From contig CBDBLP010000002.1 in the NCBI GenBank assembly GCA_965207055.1, positions 336,152-400,151 on the forward strand: DNA of 64,000 bases, written 5' to 3'. Source of the stretch: Alphaproteobacteria bacterium (GTDB lineage: Bacteria > Pseudomonadota > Alphaproteobacteria > UBA828). Every line of letters begins with the position of its first letter. Position 1 is the stretch's first letter. The notes below the pieces were generated by a model. The model was not told where the DNA came from and ran no database searches. It was given only the letters and a program-made list of their open reading frames with translations. This document shows, in pieces, positions 51,997 to 63,188 of the stretch. A program made the translations under genes and the position numbers.

Positions 51997-52783
51997 CGTC
52001 CCGCGGCTGACAGATCGAGCGTTCGCGGTCGAGTTGCATGAAGTCGACGATGTCCATGACCGGCTCGTTGTCCTGAAACAGCTCGGTGACGTCGGCGAGC
52101 CGCTCGGACATGGTGCCCTCGTGCGCAAAGAGCAGGCGAAAGGCGCGTCTGAGGTCGTGGACGATGTCGCGGCTGAAGCCCCGGCGCTTGAGCCCGATCA
52201 GGTTGAGCCCGGTAAGCCGTGCGCGGTCGCCCATGGCCGAGCCGTAGGGAATGATGTCGTGCTCGACCCCGGACATGCCGCCGACGATCGCATGGCGCCC
52301 GATGCGGACGAACTGATGAATGCCGGCGAGGCCGCCGATGATGGCCCATTCGTCCACCGTCACGTGGCCGCCCAAAGTCGCGTTGTTGGCCATGACGACA
52401 TGGTCGCCGACGATGCAGTCATGGGCGACGTGGGTCGCAATCATGAAGAGGCAGTTGTTGCCGACGCGCGTGAGCATGCGACCGTGGGGCGTCCCCGGGT
52501 TCATGGTCACGTGCTCGCGGATGACATTGTCGGCGCCAATCTCAAGACGCGACGGCTCGCCCCGGTACTTTGTGTCCTGGGGCGGATGGCCGATCGAAGA
52601 AAAGGGATAGATGCTGGTGCGCGCTCCGATCGACGTGCGCCCGGTAACGATGGCGTGCGAGATCAAGCGGACGTCGTCGCCGAGGACGGCATTGGCCCCC
52701 ACGATGCAATAGGGGCCGATGCTGACGCCGTCGCCGAGCTCTGCGCCCGGCTCGACGATCGCGGTCGGGTGGATGTCCGTCAC
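51983..52783 (-). CDS. lpxA: Acyl-ACP--UDP-N-acetylglucosamine O-acyltransferase
   Basis: Hexapeptide-repeat N-terminus (IHPTAIVEPGAELGDGVSIGPYCIVG...) with the LpxA-type helical C-terminal domain. Confidence 0.9.
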   Translation of the reverse strand: MTDIHPTAIVEPGAELGDGVSIGPYCIVGANAVLGDDVRLISHAIVTGRTSIGARTSIYPFSSIGHPPQDTKYRGEPSRLEIGADNVIREHVTMNPGTPHGRMLTRVGNNCLFMIATHVAHDCIVGDHVVMANNATLGGHVTVDEWAIIGGLAGIHQFVRIGRHAIVGGMSGVEHDIIPYGSAMGDRARLTGLNLIGLKRRGFSRDIVHDLRRAFRLLFAHEGTMSERLADVTELFQDNEPVMDIVDFMQLDRERSICQPRDDGGE

Positions 52784-52784
52784 G

Positions 52785-53255
52785 TCAGGTATCTTCCAGG
52801 ATCATCGCCGAATACGTTGCTTCCGCGACCGCCTGGCCTTCCACTTTCGCCGTTGCCTCGAACTTCCAGACGTTCCGGCGGCGGTGCTTCTTGATGACAT
52901 GAACGAAGAGCTGATCGCCCGGCACGACAGGCCGTCGAAAGCGGCAATGTTCGACCGACATGAAGTAGACGAGCTTGCCGGCCATGGCAGGGCCGAGCGT
53001 CGCCACAACGAGCACGGCAGCGCTTTGCGCCATCGATTCGATGATCAGCACACCCGGCATGACCGGCCGGCGCGGAAAGTGGCCGTGGAAATACGATTCG
53101 TTGATCGACACGTTCTTGATGCCGATGGCGCTCGCATCGGGAACCACGTCGATCACGCGGTCGATCATGAGGAAGGGATAGCGATGCGGGATCGCATGGA
53201 GGATCTCCTCGATGTCCATGCGCTCCACCGTTTCCCTCGGTGCGGTCTCGTTCAT
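52785..53255 (-). CDS. fabZ: 3-hydroxyacyl-ACP dehydratase
   Basis: [13 protein letters not shown]...[15 protein letters not shown]. The ATG at 53255 overlaps the lpxD stop. Confidence 0.9.
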   Translation of the reverse strand: MNETAPRETVERMDIEEILHAIPHRYPFLMIDRVIDVVPDASAIGIKNVSINESYFHGHFPRRPVMPGVLIIESMAQSAAVLVVATLGPAMAGKLVYFMSVEHCRFRRPVVPGDQLFVHVIKKHRRRNVWKFEATAKVEGQAVAEATYSAMILEDT

Positions 53256-54280
53256 TCCGGTGCTGCCTTGCCTCTTGCCAGCCGCGCCAGCTGCGCGCTT
53301 TGACGGTGCCATTGCCGGATCGGCACGGCGGGCGTGCCGCCATAGGTCCCGCCCGGCTCGATATCACGGGTCACGCCGGTCTGGCCTGCAAGGCGCACGC
53401 CGTCGCCCACCGTGCGGTGGTCCGCCACACCCACCTGGCCCGCAATCTGAACGAATTCGCCGACCCTGGCGCTGCCGGCCACCGCACTCTGGGCGGCGAT
53501 CACGCTGCCCTTCCCGACACGGACGTTGTGGGCGATCTGCACCAGATTATCGATCCGGCATCCCTGGGCGATCACCGTGTCGGGGCCGGAGCCGCGGTCG
53601 ATCGTGGTGTTGGCGCCGATCTCGACATCGTCCTCGATCAGGACACGGCCGAGTTGCGGAATTTTCACGTGGCCGCCTCGATCGATCGCAAAGCCGAACC
53701 CCTCCTGACCGATCCTTACGCCGGGGAAGATCGACACCCGGGCGCCGATCAGGCAATGACTGAGAGTGGTGCCGGCCCCGACCCGTGTGTCGTCGCCGAT
53801 CTCCACCGCGTGTCCGATCGTGACGTTGGCTCCGATCAGGCAGCGCGCGCCGATACGCACGCCTGCGTCGATCACGGCACCGGCCTCGACACGACACTCC
53901 GGGCCGAGATCCGCCGTCGGGTGGATCTCCGCCGCCGGGTGCATCCCAGGCTCCGGCGCCGGAACCGGGTAAAAATGCTGGGCAGCCAGCGCGAAGGACT
54001 TGTAAGGGTTCTCGCTGGTCAGAACCGCCACCTCCGCCGGCGCGCGGTCAGCCAGCTTGGCCGGCGCGATGCAGGCACCCGCACTGCAGGCGGCGAACGC
54101 TTCGACATATTTTGAGTTCACGAGGAAGCTCAGATGCTCGGGCGTGGCGTGGCTGAGCGGTGCTACGTCGGAGACCCGCCTTTCCGGGTCCGCGCCGGCC
54201 GTGAGCTCCGCCTCCACGACCTGGGCAATCTCGGCCAGCGTGAACGGCCCCGCCACGGCGTAGAAGCGTGGATCGGGCAT
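53252..54280 (-). CDS. lpxD: UDP-3-O-acylglucosamine N-acyltransferase
   Basis: 342 aa with hexapeptide repeats and conserved position. Confidence 0.9.
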   Translation of the reverse strand: MPDPRFYAVAGPFTLAEIAQVVEAELTAGADPERRVSDVAPLSHATPEHLSFLVNSKYVEAFAACSAGACIAPAKLADRAPAEVAVLTSENPYKSFALAAQHFYPVPAPEPGMHPAAEIHPTADLGPECRVEAGAVIDAGVRIGARCLIGANVTIGHAVEIGDDTRVGAGTTLSHCLIGARVSIFPGVRIGQEGFGFAIDRGGHVKIPQLGRVLIEDDVEIGANTTIDRGSGPDTVIAQGCRIDNLVQIAHNVRVGKGSVIAAQSAVAGSARVGEFVQIAGQVGVADHRTVGDGVRLAGQTGVTRDIEPGGTYGGTPAVPIRQWHRQSAQLARLARGKAAPE

Positions 54281-54840
54281 CAGTTCTCGTCGAAGGTTAG
54301 CGCAATCTCGGGAAACGATTCGTTCAACCGTCCGATCACCAGATCGGTCAGATTGAACTCGTCGACGGCGAATATGGACACGTGAACCGGCAGCACGACG
54401 TCGATTCCCTGCTCGGTCGCGACGGCCTCGACGACGACACCGAGGGCTTCCCGGAACCGGACCTCACCCTCAGCCACGGCGCGCTGCAGGAATTGCCCTT
54501 GGGCCTTTGCCCTTTGATCGGCCGCCGCTACCAGTGCATTGAATGCCCGCTGCCGTTCCTCGAGCGCTGCGGGCGCGAGTAGCGTCGCCTGCTGCTGGAG
54601 CTCGTCACGGATTTCCCGCAGCCGCACCGACTCGCGCTGAGCCTCCTCGGCGTACGTCTTGCGCTGCGCTTCGCCCTGGCTACGGATCGAGTGGATCGCC
54701 GACGCCTCTTCGAGAACTCGCGCCATCTCGATGACGGCCACGCGGGTTCCGTGCTGCTCCGCCCAAGCGCCAGTATTGCCAATCAGCACGCTCGCAAGGG
54801 CGAGCGCAAGGGCGAGCGAGAGCCGCCGAAAACTCTGCAT
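54280..54840 (-). CDS. OmpH/Skp-family periplasmic chaperone
   Basis: 186 aa with a signal peptide and a coiled-coil body, located between bamA and lpxD. Confidence 0.75.
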   Translation of the reverse strand: MQSFRRLSLALALALASVLIGNTGAWAEQHGTRVAVIEMARVLEEASAIHSIRSQGEAQRKTYAEEAQRESVRLREIRDELQQQATLLAPAALEERQRAFNALVAAADQRAKAQGQFLQRAVAEGEVRFREALGVVVEAVATEQGIDVVLPVHVSIFAVDEFNLTDLVIGRLNESFPEIALTFDEN

Positions 54841-54841
54841 C

Positions 54842-57157
54842 CTAGAACCTCGTTCCGAAACTGAAGCGGAAGTTTTCGGTTCGATCGAAATCTTCCTGGA
54901 TCAGGGCTTGTGAGAAGTCGAGCCGAATTGGACCGATTGGCGAGCGGAAGTTGAGCCCGACACCCACCGAAAGCCGCGGCGAGGCCTCGTCCAGAAGTTC
55001 CGGCCCCGAGACATCAATTGTGGTGAGGCTGCCGACGTCGGTGAAGATGGCGCCTCGCAGGTTGAGCTCGTCTGCCAGACCCAACGGAAAGCCCAACTCG
55101 CCCGACACCGAATAGAACAGATTGCCGCCGAGCGCATCGTCGGTCTCGGCGTCGCGCGGTCCCACGCCACTCGGCTCGAAGCCCCGGAGCGTGCGGCCCC
55201 CGATGAAGAACCGGTCGGCGATTCGAACGTCGTCGTCGATGCCCATGATGTGGCCGGATCGAAGCACGCCGCTCAGAACCCACCCATCCGCTATCGGGAA
55301 GAAGTGGCCGTAGGTAAGGGTATGCTTGAGGTACTGGGTATCGCCGCCGAGCCCGGCGAGCTCCTGTCCGAAGCGGACGAAGTACCCTTCGGTGGGGTCG
55401 ATACGGCTATCGCGCAGATCGTAGCTCAGCCGGTGCGCGATGGCAGAGGTGAGCGCTTCGGCCTCTTGTTCGCGAATAAATCGCGAGGTGTCCGCCGCAA
55501 AGTCGCTAACCTCGTCGTGCTTGAGCGTGTAGGAAACGGTCTGCCGCAGATGCTCGGCCAGCGGATACCCCGCACGCACCGAGAAGCCGATGGTGTCGCG
55601 ATCGTACGAACTCTCCTCCTGCAGATCGATCGTCCTGTTGAACACGTCGAATCCGGCGGCGACATCACGATCCAGGAAGTAGGGCTCGGTGAAGCTCAGG
55701 TCGATCTCCTGTCGCCGCGCCGAGGCTGTCAGCCCGAGCCGGAGATCCTGGCCACGGCCAAGCAGATTGCGCTCCCGAATGGAAATATCGCCGAGGACGC
55801 CGTCCGCCGACGAGACGCCGGCGCCGAAGCTGAGCTCGCCGGTGGGCACGTCGCTGACTTCCACCGTCAGCACCGAGCGATCCGGCGCTGAGCCGGCGCC
55901 GGTGCCGATTTCAACCTTGTCGAAGAATCCCAGGTTCATGATGCGTTGGCGGGAGCGGCGGATGAGCGCCGAATTGAAGGCGTCGCCCTCGGCCAGCCGG
56001 AACTCGCGGCGGATCACCTCGTCAAGGGTGCGGACGTTGCCCACGATGTCGATGCGCTCGATGTAGACCCGCGGGCCCTCGTCGATCTGGAACGTCACGT
56101 CGACGGTCGTGGCCTCGCGGTCGCGCTCGACGCGAGGCTGAACATCGACGAACGCGTAGCCAAGGCTGCCCACGGCTTCTGAGAGCGCGACCAGCGTCTC
56201 TTCGACCTGCTCTGCGTCGTACCAATCGCCCGCTTCGATCTCGACGGTCGGCAGAAGTTGCTCCGGCGCGAGGTCCCGCAGCTGGCTTTCGACATCGATG
56301 GCCGCCACCCGATAGCGCTCTCCTTCTTCGAGCGAGAAGGAGACGATGAAATCACTACGGTCGGGCGTGAGCTCGGCAACCGCCGAGATGACGCGAAAGT
56401 CGATGTAGCCATTGGCGAGATAGAACCGGCGGAGCAGCTCACGATCGAAGGTCAGGCGGTCGGGATCATAGGTGTCGGCGCTCGTGGCAAAGCGATACCA
56501 GGCGCTCTCCACAGTCTGGATGACGTCCCTGAGTGCGCTGTCGCTGAAGCGGCTGTTGCCGATGAAGTTGATCCGCCGGATGCCGGTAACCGGCCCTTCG
56601 TTCACCTCGAAGACGAGATCGACCCTGTTCTGCGGAAGTTGGATGACCTTGGGCTCGATGGTGGCGGCAAACCGGCCGCTGCGCCGATAGATTTCCGTCA
56701 ACCGCTGCAGGTCTTCCTGCACCCGCGGCCGGGTGTAGACCACCCGGGGCTGAAGCTGGATCTCGGACTCGAGCTCTTCGTCCTCGATCGCGTCGTTACC
56801 CTCGAAGACCACGCGGTTGATGATCGGGTTCTCGACCACGCTGACGACCAGGGCATTTCCTTCCTGCCGGATCGCCACGTCGGCGAAGAGGCCGCTCTCG
56901 AACAGGCTCTTGAGGGACTGGTTGACCGCGCTGGAATCGAACGCGTCTCCGGGGCCGACCGACAGATAAGACCGCACGGTATCCGCTTCGATGCGCTCGT
57001 TCCCCTCGACGAGCACGGAGTCGATCGTCTGCGCCTGCGCCGCGGCCGCGCTCATCCACACACCGATGACGACCGCCGCCAGCCAGACGACGCGCCGCAT
57101 CCGGCCCCTTGAACCTGCCGTTGTCATTCCAGGCATTTGTCTTGCTCGCCGGGTCAT
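54842..57157 (-). CDS. bamA: Outer membrane protein assembly factor BamA
   Basis: POTRA repeats plus an Omp85 barrel ending RFSFGTRF. The ATG at 57157 overlaps the rseP stop (ATGA). Confidence 0.9.
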   Translation of the reverse strand: MTRRARQMPGMTTAGSRGRMRRVVWLAAVVIGVWMSAAAAQAQTIDSVLVEGNERIEADTVRSYLSVGPGDAFDSSAVNQSLKSLFESGLFADVAIRQEGNALVVSVVENPIINRVVFEGNDAIEDEELESEIQLQPRVVYTRPRVQEDLQRLTEIYRRSGRFAATIEPKVIQLPQNRVDLVFEVNEGPVTGIRRINFIGNSRFSDSALRDVIQTVESAWYRFATSADTYDPDRLTFDRELLRRFYLANGYIDFRVISAVAELTPDRSDFIVSFSLEEGERYRVAAIDVESQLRDLAPEQLLPTVEIEAGDWYDAEQVEETLVALSEAVGSLGYAFVDVQPRVERDREATTVDVTFQIDEGPRVYIERIDIVGNVRTLDEVIRREFRLAEGDAFNSALIRRSRQRIMNLGFFDKVEIGTGAGSAPDRSVLTVEVSDVPTGELSFGAGVSSADGVLGDISIRERNLLGRGQDLRLGLTASARRQEIDLSFTEPYFLDRDVAAGFDVFNRTIDLQEESSYDRDTIGFSVRAGYPLAEHLRQTVSYTLKHDEVSDFAADTSRFIREQEAEALTSAIAHRLSYDLRDSRIDPTEGYFVRFGQELAGLGGDTQYLKHTLTYGHFFPIADGWVLSGVLRSGHIMGIDDDVRIADRFFIGGRTLRGFEPSGVGPRDAETDDALGGNLFYSVSGELGFPLGLADELNLRGAIFTDVGSLTTIDVSGPELLDEASPRLSVGVGLNFRSPIGPIRLDFSQALIQEDFDRTENFRFSFGTRF

Positions 57158-58500
57158 GAGGTCAGACCAATTATGTCCTTCGTCGTCACCCATACCATCA
57201 ATGCGATAACGAGCGTTAGCCCGACCGTCGTGCCGATCTGCTGAATCCGGGCGTTCAGCGGGCGCCTGAACAACGCTTCCAGGCCGTTGTAAAGCAGGTG
57301 TCCGCCGTCGAGCGGCGGGATCGGGAACAGATTGATCAGGCCGAGGGCTATGGAGATCAGCGCAGCAAACTCCACGAAGCCGGCGACGCCGCGCTCGAGC
57401 ACGCTTCGCGACATGACGGCGATGCCGACGGGGCCGCTCAATTGCTCGGTGGAGCGGGTGCCGGCAATCATCTGGCCGACCGCGCGGAGATTGGCGGCGG
57501 CCAGGGCATAGGTGTGTTCGACGCCGGCCCAGATCGACTCGCCAATCCCCAGATCGCGGAACGCCGACTGATCCTGGGGGTAAACGCCGACCCGCCCCGT
57601 CCCGTTCATATCGTCCGGCGTCACGGTCAGCGTCTCCTCGCGCCCGCCCCGCTCAACGACGAAGGTTAGCGGCACGCCCGCGCTCCCTTCCACGATGCTG
57701 CGCAGGTGATCGAAGCTCTCGATCGCCACGTCTCCGATACGGAGGATGTCATCGCCCGGTTGGAGACCGCCCCGCTCGGCTGGGCTATCTGCGACCACCT
57801 GCGAGACCGAGGCCGGCATGAAGGGCCGGACTCCGATATCGCCCAACTGCTGCGGCCGGTCGAAGGCGTCCAGAACCTCGATGATCTCCGGCTTCACCGC
57901 GAACTCGAGCTCTGCGCCGCCGCGCTCGATCGCCAGCGTGATCGGCTCGCCCAAACTCTGCAGCAGGGCAAACTCCAGCTCCTCGAAGCGCTCGACGCGG
58001 TTGCCGTTCAGCTCGACCAGCCTGTCACCCGGTTGAAGCCCGGCGACATCTGCCGGGCTGCCCGCGCGCACGGTGCCGATCTCCACCGGCGTGTAGCGTT
58101 GACCCACGACGATGAAAAAGATGGCGAAGATCGCTGCCGCCAGCACCAGGTTCGCCATTGGGCCCGCGAACGCGATCGCCGAGCGCCGGCCCACGGACTT
58201 GGCGAAGAATGAATCGGCCGGCGGCGGCCCGTCCTCTTCCTCGGCGGACGAGCTGGCAACGTCGGCGTCGCCGTGGAACTTGACGTAGCCGCCGAGCGGC
58301 AGCGCGCAGAGCTTCCAGCGCGTGCCGTGGCGGTCGTCGATGCCGACGATCTCCGGCCCGAAGCCGACCGCAAACACCTCCACGCGCACGCCGTTGAGCC
58401 GGGCTACGAGGTAATGGCCGAGCTCGTGGAAGAACACGACGGGCGTGATCACCGCGAGAAAGGGCCAAATATAGTTTAGTTTGTCGACGAGCAGGTCCAT
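57154..58500 (-). CDS. rseP: RIP zinc metalloprotease RseP (M50 family)
   Basis: HELGH motif within FFHELGHYLVA, PDZ-like middle regions and an NLFPIPPLDGGH motif. Confidence 0.9.
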   Translation of the reverse strand: MDLLVDKLNYIWPFLAVITPVVFFHELGHYLVARLNGVRVEVFAVGFGPEIVGIDDRHGTRWKLCALPLGGYVKFHGDADVASSSAEEEDGPPPADSFFAKSVGRRSAIAFAGPMANLVLAAAIFAIFFIVVGQRYTPVEIGTVRAGSPADVAGLQPGDRLVELNGNRVERFEELEFALLQSLGEPITLAIERGGAELEFAVKPEIIEVLDAFDRPQQLGDIGVRPFMPASVSQVVADSPAERGGLQPGDDILRIGDVAIESFDHLRSIVEGSAGVPLTFVVERGGREETLTVTPDDMNGTGRVGVYPQDQSAFRDLGIGESIWAGVEHTYALAAANLRAVGQMIAGTRSTEQLSGPVGIAVMSRSVLERGVAGFVEFAALISIALGLINLFPIPPLDGGHLLYNGLEALFRRPLNARIQQIGTTVGLTLVIALMVWVTTKDIIGLTS

Positions 58501-58752
58501 GGTGGCAGACGAGTGGTTATGATTGAACGAAGGCGAAAGGCCGAGCTACGCCGGGCAATCGAACTGGAGGGGCGATTGCGGCGCCGCGCGGGATTATACA
58601 TGACCGCGCCGCCCGCGCCCCGCAATTCCCTGTGAGCGTGCGGGCGCTCGCCAGATGGGGGCAGGTTGCAACGCGATGGGACCCGTTTCGGCCAATGGAT
58701 TGCGTTACCGCGAGGGACGGCCCTGGGCAGCCTGCGGCCCGTACCGGCAGCG

Positions 58753-61524
58753 ATGAACGCGCCTGACGCGAGGCCGGAGCTCTTCGACCGACAGGCTCTC
58801 GCCGGGGCGATCGCCGGGTTCGGGCGAGACAACCGAAAGGGCGCCCTCGAACTCCTGCGGCGTGCCCGCGACGATGGCCGCCGGGAGCTTTGCCGGCGCC
58901 TCGATGCGGGAGCATCGGGCGCGGAGATTGTCGCGGCTCAAACCTCAATGATCGACCTTCTGCTCCGCGTGGAGCTCGATCGCGCGGCACGCACGATTTA
59001 CCTCGAGCCGAATCCGACCACCGCCAACCGTCTCTCGCTGGTGGCGGTCGGCGGCTACGGCCGGGGCGACCTGTCGCCCCATTCCGATATCGATATCCTC
59101 TTCCTGCATCCATACAAGCTGACCGGCCGCGGCGAGCAGATCATCGAGCATCTGCTCTACATGATGTGGGACTTGGGGTTCACCGTCGGCCATGCAACCC
59201 GTTCGGTCGCCGATTGTTTGCGGCGGGCACGGGAAGACATGACGATCCGGACCTCGGTGCTCGAATCGCGCCTCGTGTGGGGCGACGAGGCTCTCTACGA
59301 CGGGTTCCGCCGGCGTTTTCTCACCGAGCTGGTGCCCGGCACCGAGGCCGAGTTCGTCGCCGCCAAGCTCCGCGAGCGCGACGAGCGCCACGTACGCGCG
59401 GGCGGTTCCCGCTATCTCCTGGAGCCCAACGTGAAGGACGGCAAGGGCGGCTTGCGCGACCTCCACGTGTTGTTCTGGATCGCGAAGTACCTCTTCCGCG
59501 TCGACCGCTTCGGCGAGCTCCTCGGGCGCGGCGTGCTCAATCAGCACGAGTACGATCGCTTCGCCCGGGCGGAAGACTTCCTCTGGAGGGTCCGCGCCCA
59601 CCTCCACATCGTCTGCGACCGCGCGGAGGACCGACTCACCTTCGACCGGCAGCCTGAAATTGCGGTGCGCATGGGGTACGGACCGCGCGGCGGCAATCTG
59701 GCCGTCGAGCAGTTCATGAAGCACTACTTCCTGGTGGCGAAGGAGGTGGGCGAGCTCACGCGGGTCTTCTGTGCGGTGCTGGAGGCGGAACGGCTCCACA
59801 CCGCTCCGGTCCACCGATCCGGCACGGTGACGGGGCCTGCCCGCGACGGGCTCTTCGTCTCGGGCGGGCGAATCGCCGCGGTCGGCGAGGACACCTTCAA
59901 CGAGCGCCCGACGCGGCTCGTCACGATCTTCCGCCGCGCGCAAACCGAAGGCCGCGACATCCATCCGGCGACATTGCGCCTGATTCATCAGGGGCACGGG
60001 CTGATCACCGCCGAGGTGCGCGACGACCCGGAGGCCAACCGGGCCTTCCGCGCGATCCTCACCGACCGGCGTAACCCCGACATGATTCTTCGGATGATGA
60101 ACGAGGCCGGGGTGATGGGTTGCTTCCTGCCGGATTTCGGCCGTGTCGTCGCGCAGACCCAGCTCGATCTCTATCACGTCTACACCGTCGACGAGCACAG
60201 CATCCGGGCTGTCGGCGCGCTCGCCGCCATCGAGCGCGGCGCTCTCTCCGACGAGCTCCCGCTCGCCAGCACCCTCATTCACCAGTTGCGAATGCGCGAC
60301 GTGCTCTATCTCTCGATCCTCCTGCACGACGTCGCGAAGGGGCGGGGCGGCGACCACTCGGAGATCGGCGCCGCTATCGCGCGCGAGGTCGCCACCCGGC
60401 TGAAATTCACGCCGGACGAGGTCGAGACCGCCGCCTGGCTCGTGCGCTGGCACCTCCTGTTCAGCATGACCGCGTTCAAACGCGACCCCAACGATCCGCG
60501 CACCGTGGACGATTTCGTCGGCCGGGTCCGCTCACTGGAGCGCCTGCGGCTTCTGCTGGTGCTGACCGCCGCCGACATCACCGCCGTGGGACCGGGGCGC
60601 ATGACGGCGTGGAAAGGCTCGCTCCTGCGCATGCTTTACCACCGGGCCGAGGCGGTGCTCGCCGGCGGCCGCGAGGCCGAGGACCGGGAAGCACGGGTGG
60701 CGAAGGCCCGGCAGGCCCTGCGTGCCCGCCTCGCGGACTGGACCGAGGCCGACATCACGTACTTCGAGGCCAGACTTCCCGTGAATTATTGGCTCTCCAC
60801 CGACAGCGCGGTGCAGGAGCGCCATGCCCGCCTCGTGCAAGGCGGGGGCAGGGGGCCCCTGGTCGAGACCCGAATCGACCGGGCCAGGGAAGCGACGGAG
60901 ATGACGCTTTATACGCCCGACTACATCGGCCTCTTCGCCGCCATTGCCGGCGCGATGGCGACGTCGGGCGCGAACATCGTCGACGCCCGCGTCTTCACCA
61001 CCAGCGACGGGATGGCAATCGACACGATCTGGATTCAAGCCGCGGATGGCCGCGCGATCCGCGACGAAGAGCGCTTGGAGCGGCTCAAGCAAAGCGTGGT
61101 CCGCGCCCTCTCCGAAGATCATTCAGGTGCCGGACACACGGATGAAGTGGCCTTCGATGCCGCGCCGCAGCCAGTGCGCTCCGCCCCGATTGCCCTCGAG
61201 CCGCATGTCCTCGTAGATAACGGCGCGAGCCGCGGCTACACGGTGATCGAGGTGAGCGCGCGCGACAGGCCGGGGCTTCTCCACGACATTACGCGGACGC
61301 TCAGCGCCTGCGGCGTCTCGATCAACTCGGCGCATATCTCGACGGTCGGCTCCCGCGCCGTCGATGTCTTCTACGTGAAGGACCGCTTCGGCCTGAAGCT
61401 TTCTCACGATACCCAGTTCGCGCAGGTGCATGAGCGCCTGACCGAGATGCTCGAGCGCCAGCCCGGCGTCGCGCCCGGCAGGGGCGCGGACGATCCCGCG
61501 CCGCTTCGCCGCGCGGCCGGCTGA
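58753..61524 (+). CDS. glnD: [Protein-PII] uridylyltransferase/uridylyl-removing enzyme
   Basis: Nucleotidyltransferase motif (AVGGYGRGDLSPHSDIDILFL), an HD domain (LLHDVAKG) and two C-terminal ACT domains. The start is the ATG at 58753. Confidence 0.9.
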   Translation: MNAPDARPELFDRQALAGAIAGFGRDNRKGALELLRRARDDGRRELCRRLDAGASGAEIVAAQTSMIDLLLRVELDRAARTIYLEPNPTTANRLSLVAVGGYGRGDLSPHSDIDILFLHPYKLTGRGEQIIEHLLYMMWDLGFTVGHATRSVADCLRRAREDMTIRTSVLESRLVWGDEALYDGFRRRFLTELVPGTEAEFVAAKLRERDERHVRAGGSRYLLEPNVKDGKGGLRDLHVLFWIAKYLFRVDRFGELLGRGVLNQHEYDRFARAEDFLWRVRAHLHIVCDRAEDRLTFDRQPEIAVRMGYGPRGGNLAVEQFMKHYFLVAKEVGELTRVFCAVLEAERLHTAPVHRSGTVTGPARDGLFVSGGRIAAVGEDTFNERPTRLVTIFRRAQTEGRDIHPATLRLIHQGHGLITAEVRDDPEANRAFRAILTDRRNPDMILRMMNEAGVMGCFLPDFGRVVAQTQLDLYHVYTVDEHSIRAVGALAAIERGALSDELPLASTLIHQLRMRDVLYLSILLHDVAKGRGGDHSEIGAAIAREVATRLKFTPDEVETAAWLVRWHLLFSMTAFKRDPNDPRTVDDFVGRVRSLERLRLLLVLTAADITAVGPGRMTAWKGSLLRMLYHRAEAVLAGGREAEDREARVAKARQALRARLADWTEADITYFEARLPVNYWLSTDSAVQERHARLVQGGGRGPLVETRIDRAREATEMTLYTPDYIGLFAAIAGAMATSGANIVDARVFTTSDGMAIDTIWIQAADGRAIRDEERLERLKQSVVRALSEDHSGAGHTDEVAFDAAPQPVRSAPIALEPHVLVDNGASRGYTVIEVSARDRPGLLHDITRTLSACGVSINSAHISTVGSRAVDVFYVKDRFGLKLSHDTQFAQVHERLTEMLERQPGVAPGRGADDPAPLRRAAG

Positions 61525-61558
61525 GCGCTCGGCCGCCCGCAGGCCAGACGCGCGAACG

Positions 61559-63136
61559 ATGGCACTTGCCCGCTGGGCCGCGACGGTCGGCGGCTACACC
61601 TTGGGCTCGCGCGTTCTCGGCTTCCTGCGCGATATCCTGATTGCCTCGGTGCTCGGCGCAGGCCCGGTCGCCGATGCCTTCTTCGTCGCCTTCAAGCTGC
61701 CGAACTTCCTGCGGCGGCTGTTTGCGGAAGGCGCGTTCAACGCGGCCTTCGTGCCGCTCTTCGCCGGCACGCTGGAGCGCGACGGGCGCGAGGCGGCCAA
61801 GTCGTTCGCGGAAGACGTGCTGACCGTCCTGCTGTGGACGCTGCTCGTGCTGGTCATCGTGGCGCAGATCGTGATGCCGTGGCTCATGCACGCGCTGGCG
61901 CCCGGCTTCGCCGACGAGCCCGGCAAGCTCGATCTGACCGTGCAGCTCACGCGGCTCACGTTCCCCTATATCCTCCTGATTTCGCTAGTCTCCCTCCTCG
62001 GCGGGGTGCTGAACTCGCTCTATCGCTTCGCTGCGGTGGCGGCCACGCCGATCCTGCTCAATCTCTGCCTGATCGGGGCCCTGCTCGGACTCGCGCGCTG
62101 GACCGAGACGCCAGGCCACGCACTGGCAGTGGGCGTCACGGTCGGCGGGATCGTCCAGTTCGTCTGGCTGATCGTCGCCGCCTCGCGCGCAGGCATGTCG
62201 CTCCGCCTGCGCTGGCCCCGGCTCACACCGGGGGTCAAGCGCCTGCTGATCCTCGCCGCACCGGCGGCGCTCGGCGCCGGTGTCGCGCAGATCAATCTCG
62301 TCGTCGACATCATCATCGCGTCGCTGCTGCCGCCGGGCTCGGTTTCCTTTCTCTATTACGCCGACCGCGTGAACCAGCTTCCCCTCGGCGTCGTCGGGGT
62401 CGCCGTGGGGACGGCGCTGCTGCCCCTGCTCAGCCGGCAGCTGCGCGCGGGCGATACCGAAGATGCCGCGAACAGCCTCAACCGGGCGATCGAGATGGCG
62501 CTGCTGCTGGCGATCCCGGCGGCGGTCGCGCTCGTCGTCATCGCGAGCCCCGTGATTGCGGTCCTGTTCGAGCGCGGCGCGTTCGGCGTGGCGGAAAGCG
62601 ATGCCACGGCCGGGGCGCTGATAGCCTACGCCGCAGGGTTGCCCGCGTTCGTGCTGATCAAGGTTCTGGTACCCGGCTATTTCGCGCGTCAGGACACCAG
62701 GACGCCGGTGCGCATCGCGGTGCTCTGCCTCGTGGTGAATGTCGCGCTGAACCTCGCGCTCATGGGGCCGCTCGCCCATGTCGGGATAGCGCTGGCGACC
62801 ACGCTCGCCGGTTGGCTCAATGTCGGCCTGCTGGCTGCCGGCCTCGCCCGGCGCGGCTACCTGAAGCCGGACGGCAGGCTGAGGCGCCGGCTGCCGCGCA
62901 TGGTCGCGGCCTCGGCGGGCATGGCGGTCGTCCTCTGGGCGCTCGCGCTTGCCCTGGAGATGGCCCTCGAGATGGGGGGCATGCGCATTGCGGCGCTCGC
63001 GGCTCTCGTCGCCGCCGGCCTCGTCGCCTATGGCGCTCTCGCCATCGTCTCGGGCGTCGTGTCAGTGGGCGAAGTGCGTGCGCTGTTGGCCCGGCGGGAA
63101 GGCCAGGATCAAGGCCAAGACCAGGCCGGAGGTTGA
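61559..63136 (+). CDS. murJ: Lipid II flippase MurJ (MviN)
   Basis: [50 protein letters not shown]. Confidence 0.9.
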   Translation: MALARWAATVGGYTLGSRVLGFLRDILIASVLGAGPVADAFFVAFKLPNFLRRLFAEGAFNAAFVPLFAGTLERDGREAAKSFAEDVLTVLLWTLLVLVIVAQIVMPWLMHALAPGFADEPGKLDLTVQLTRLTFPYILLISLVSLLGGVLNSLYRFAAVAATPILLNLCLIGALLGLARWTETPGHALAVGVTVGGIVQFVWLIVAASRAGMSLRLRWPRLTPGVKRLLILAAPAALGAGVAQINLVVDIIIASLLPPGSVSFLYYADRVNQLPLGVVGVAVGTALLPLLSRQLRAGDTEDAANSLNRAIEMALLLAIPAAVALVVIASPVIAVLFERGAFGVAESDATAGALIAYAAGLPAFVLIKVLVPGYFARQDTRTPVRIAVLCLVVNVALNLALMGPLAHVGIALATTLAGWLNVGLLAAGLARRGYLKPDGRLRRRLPRMVAASAGMAVVLWALALALEMALEMGGMRIAALAALVAAGLVAYGALAIVSGVVSVGEVRALLARREGQDQGQDQAGG

Positions 63137-63188
63137 CGGCGCCGCGCGGGAGCGCGATAAGGCGCGCCCCCGGTGGAGCGTTCCTGAC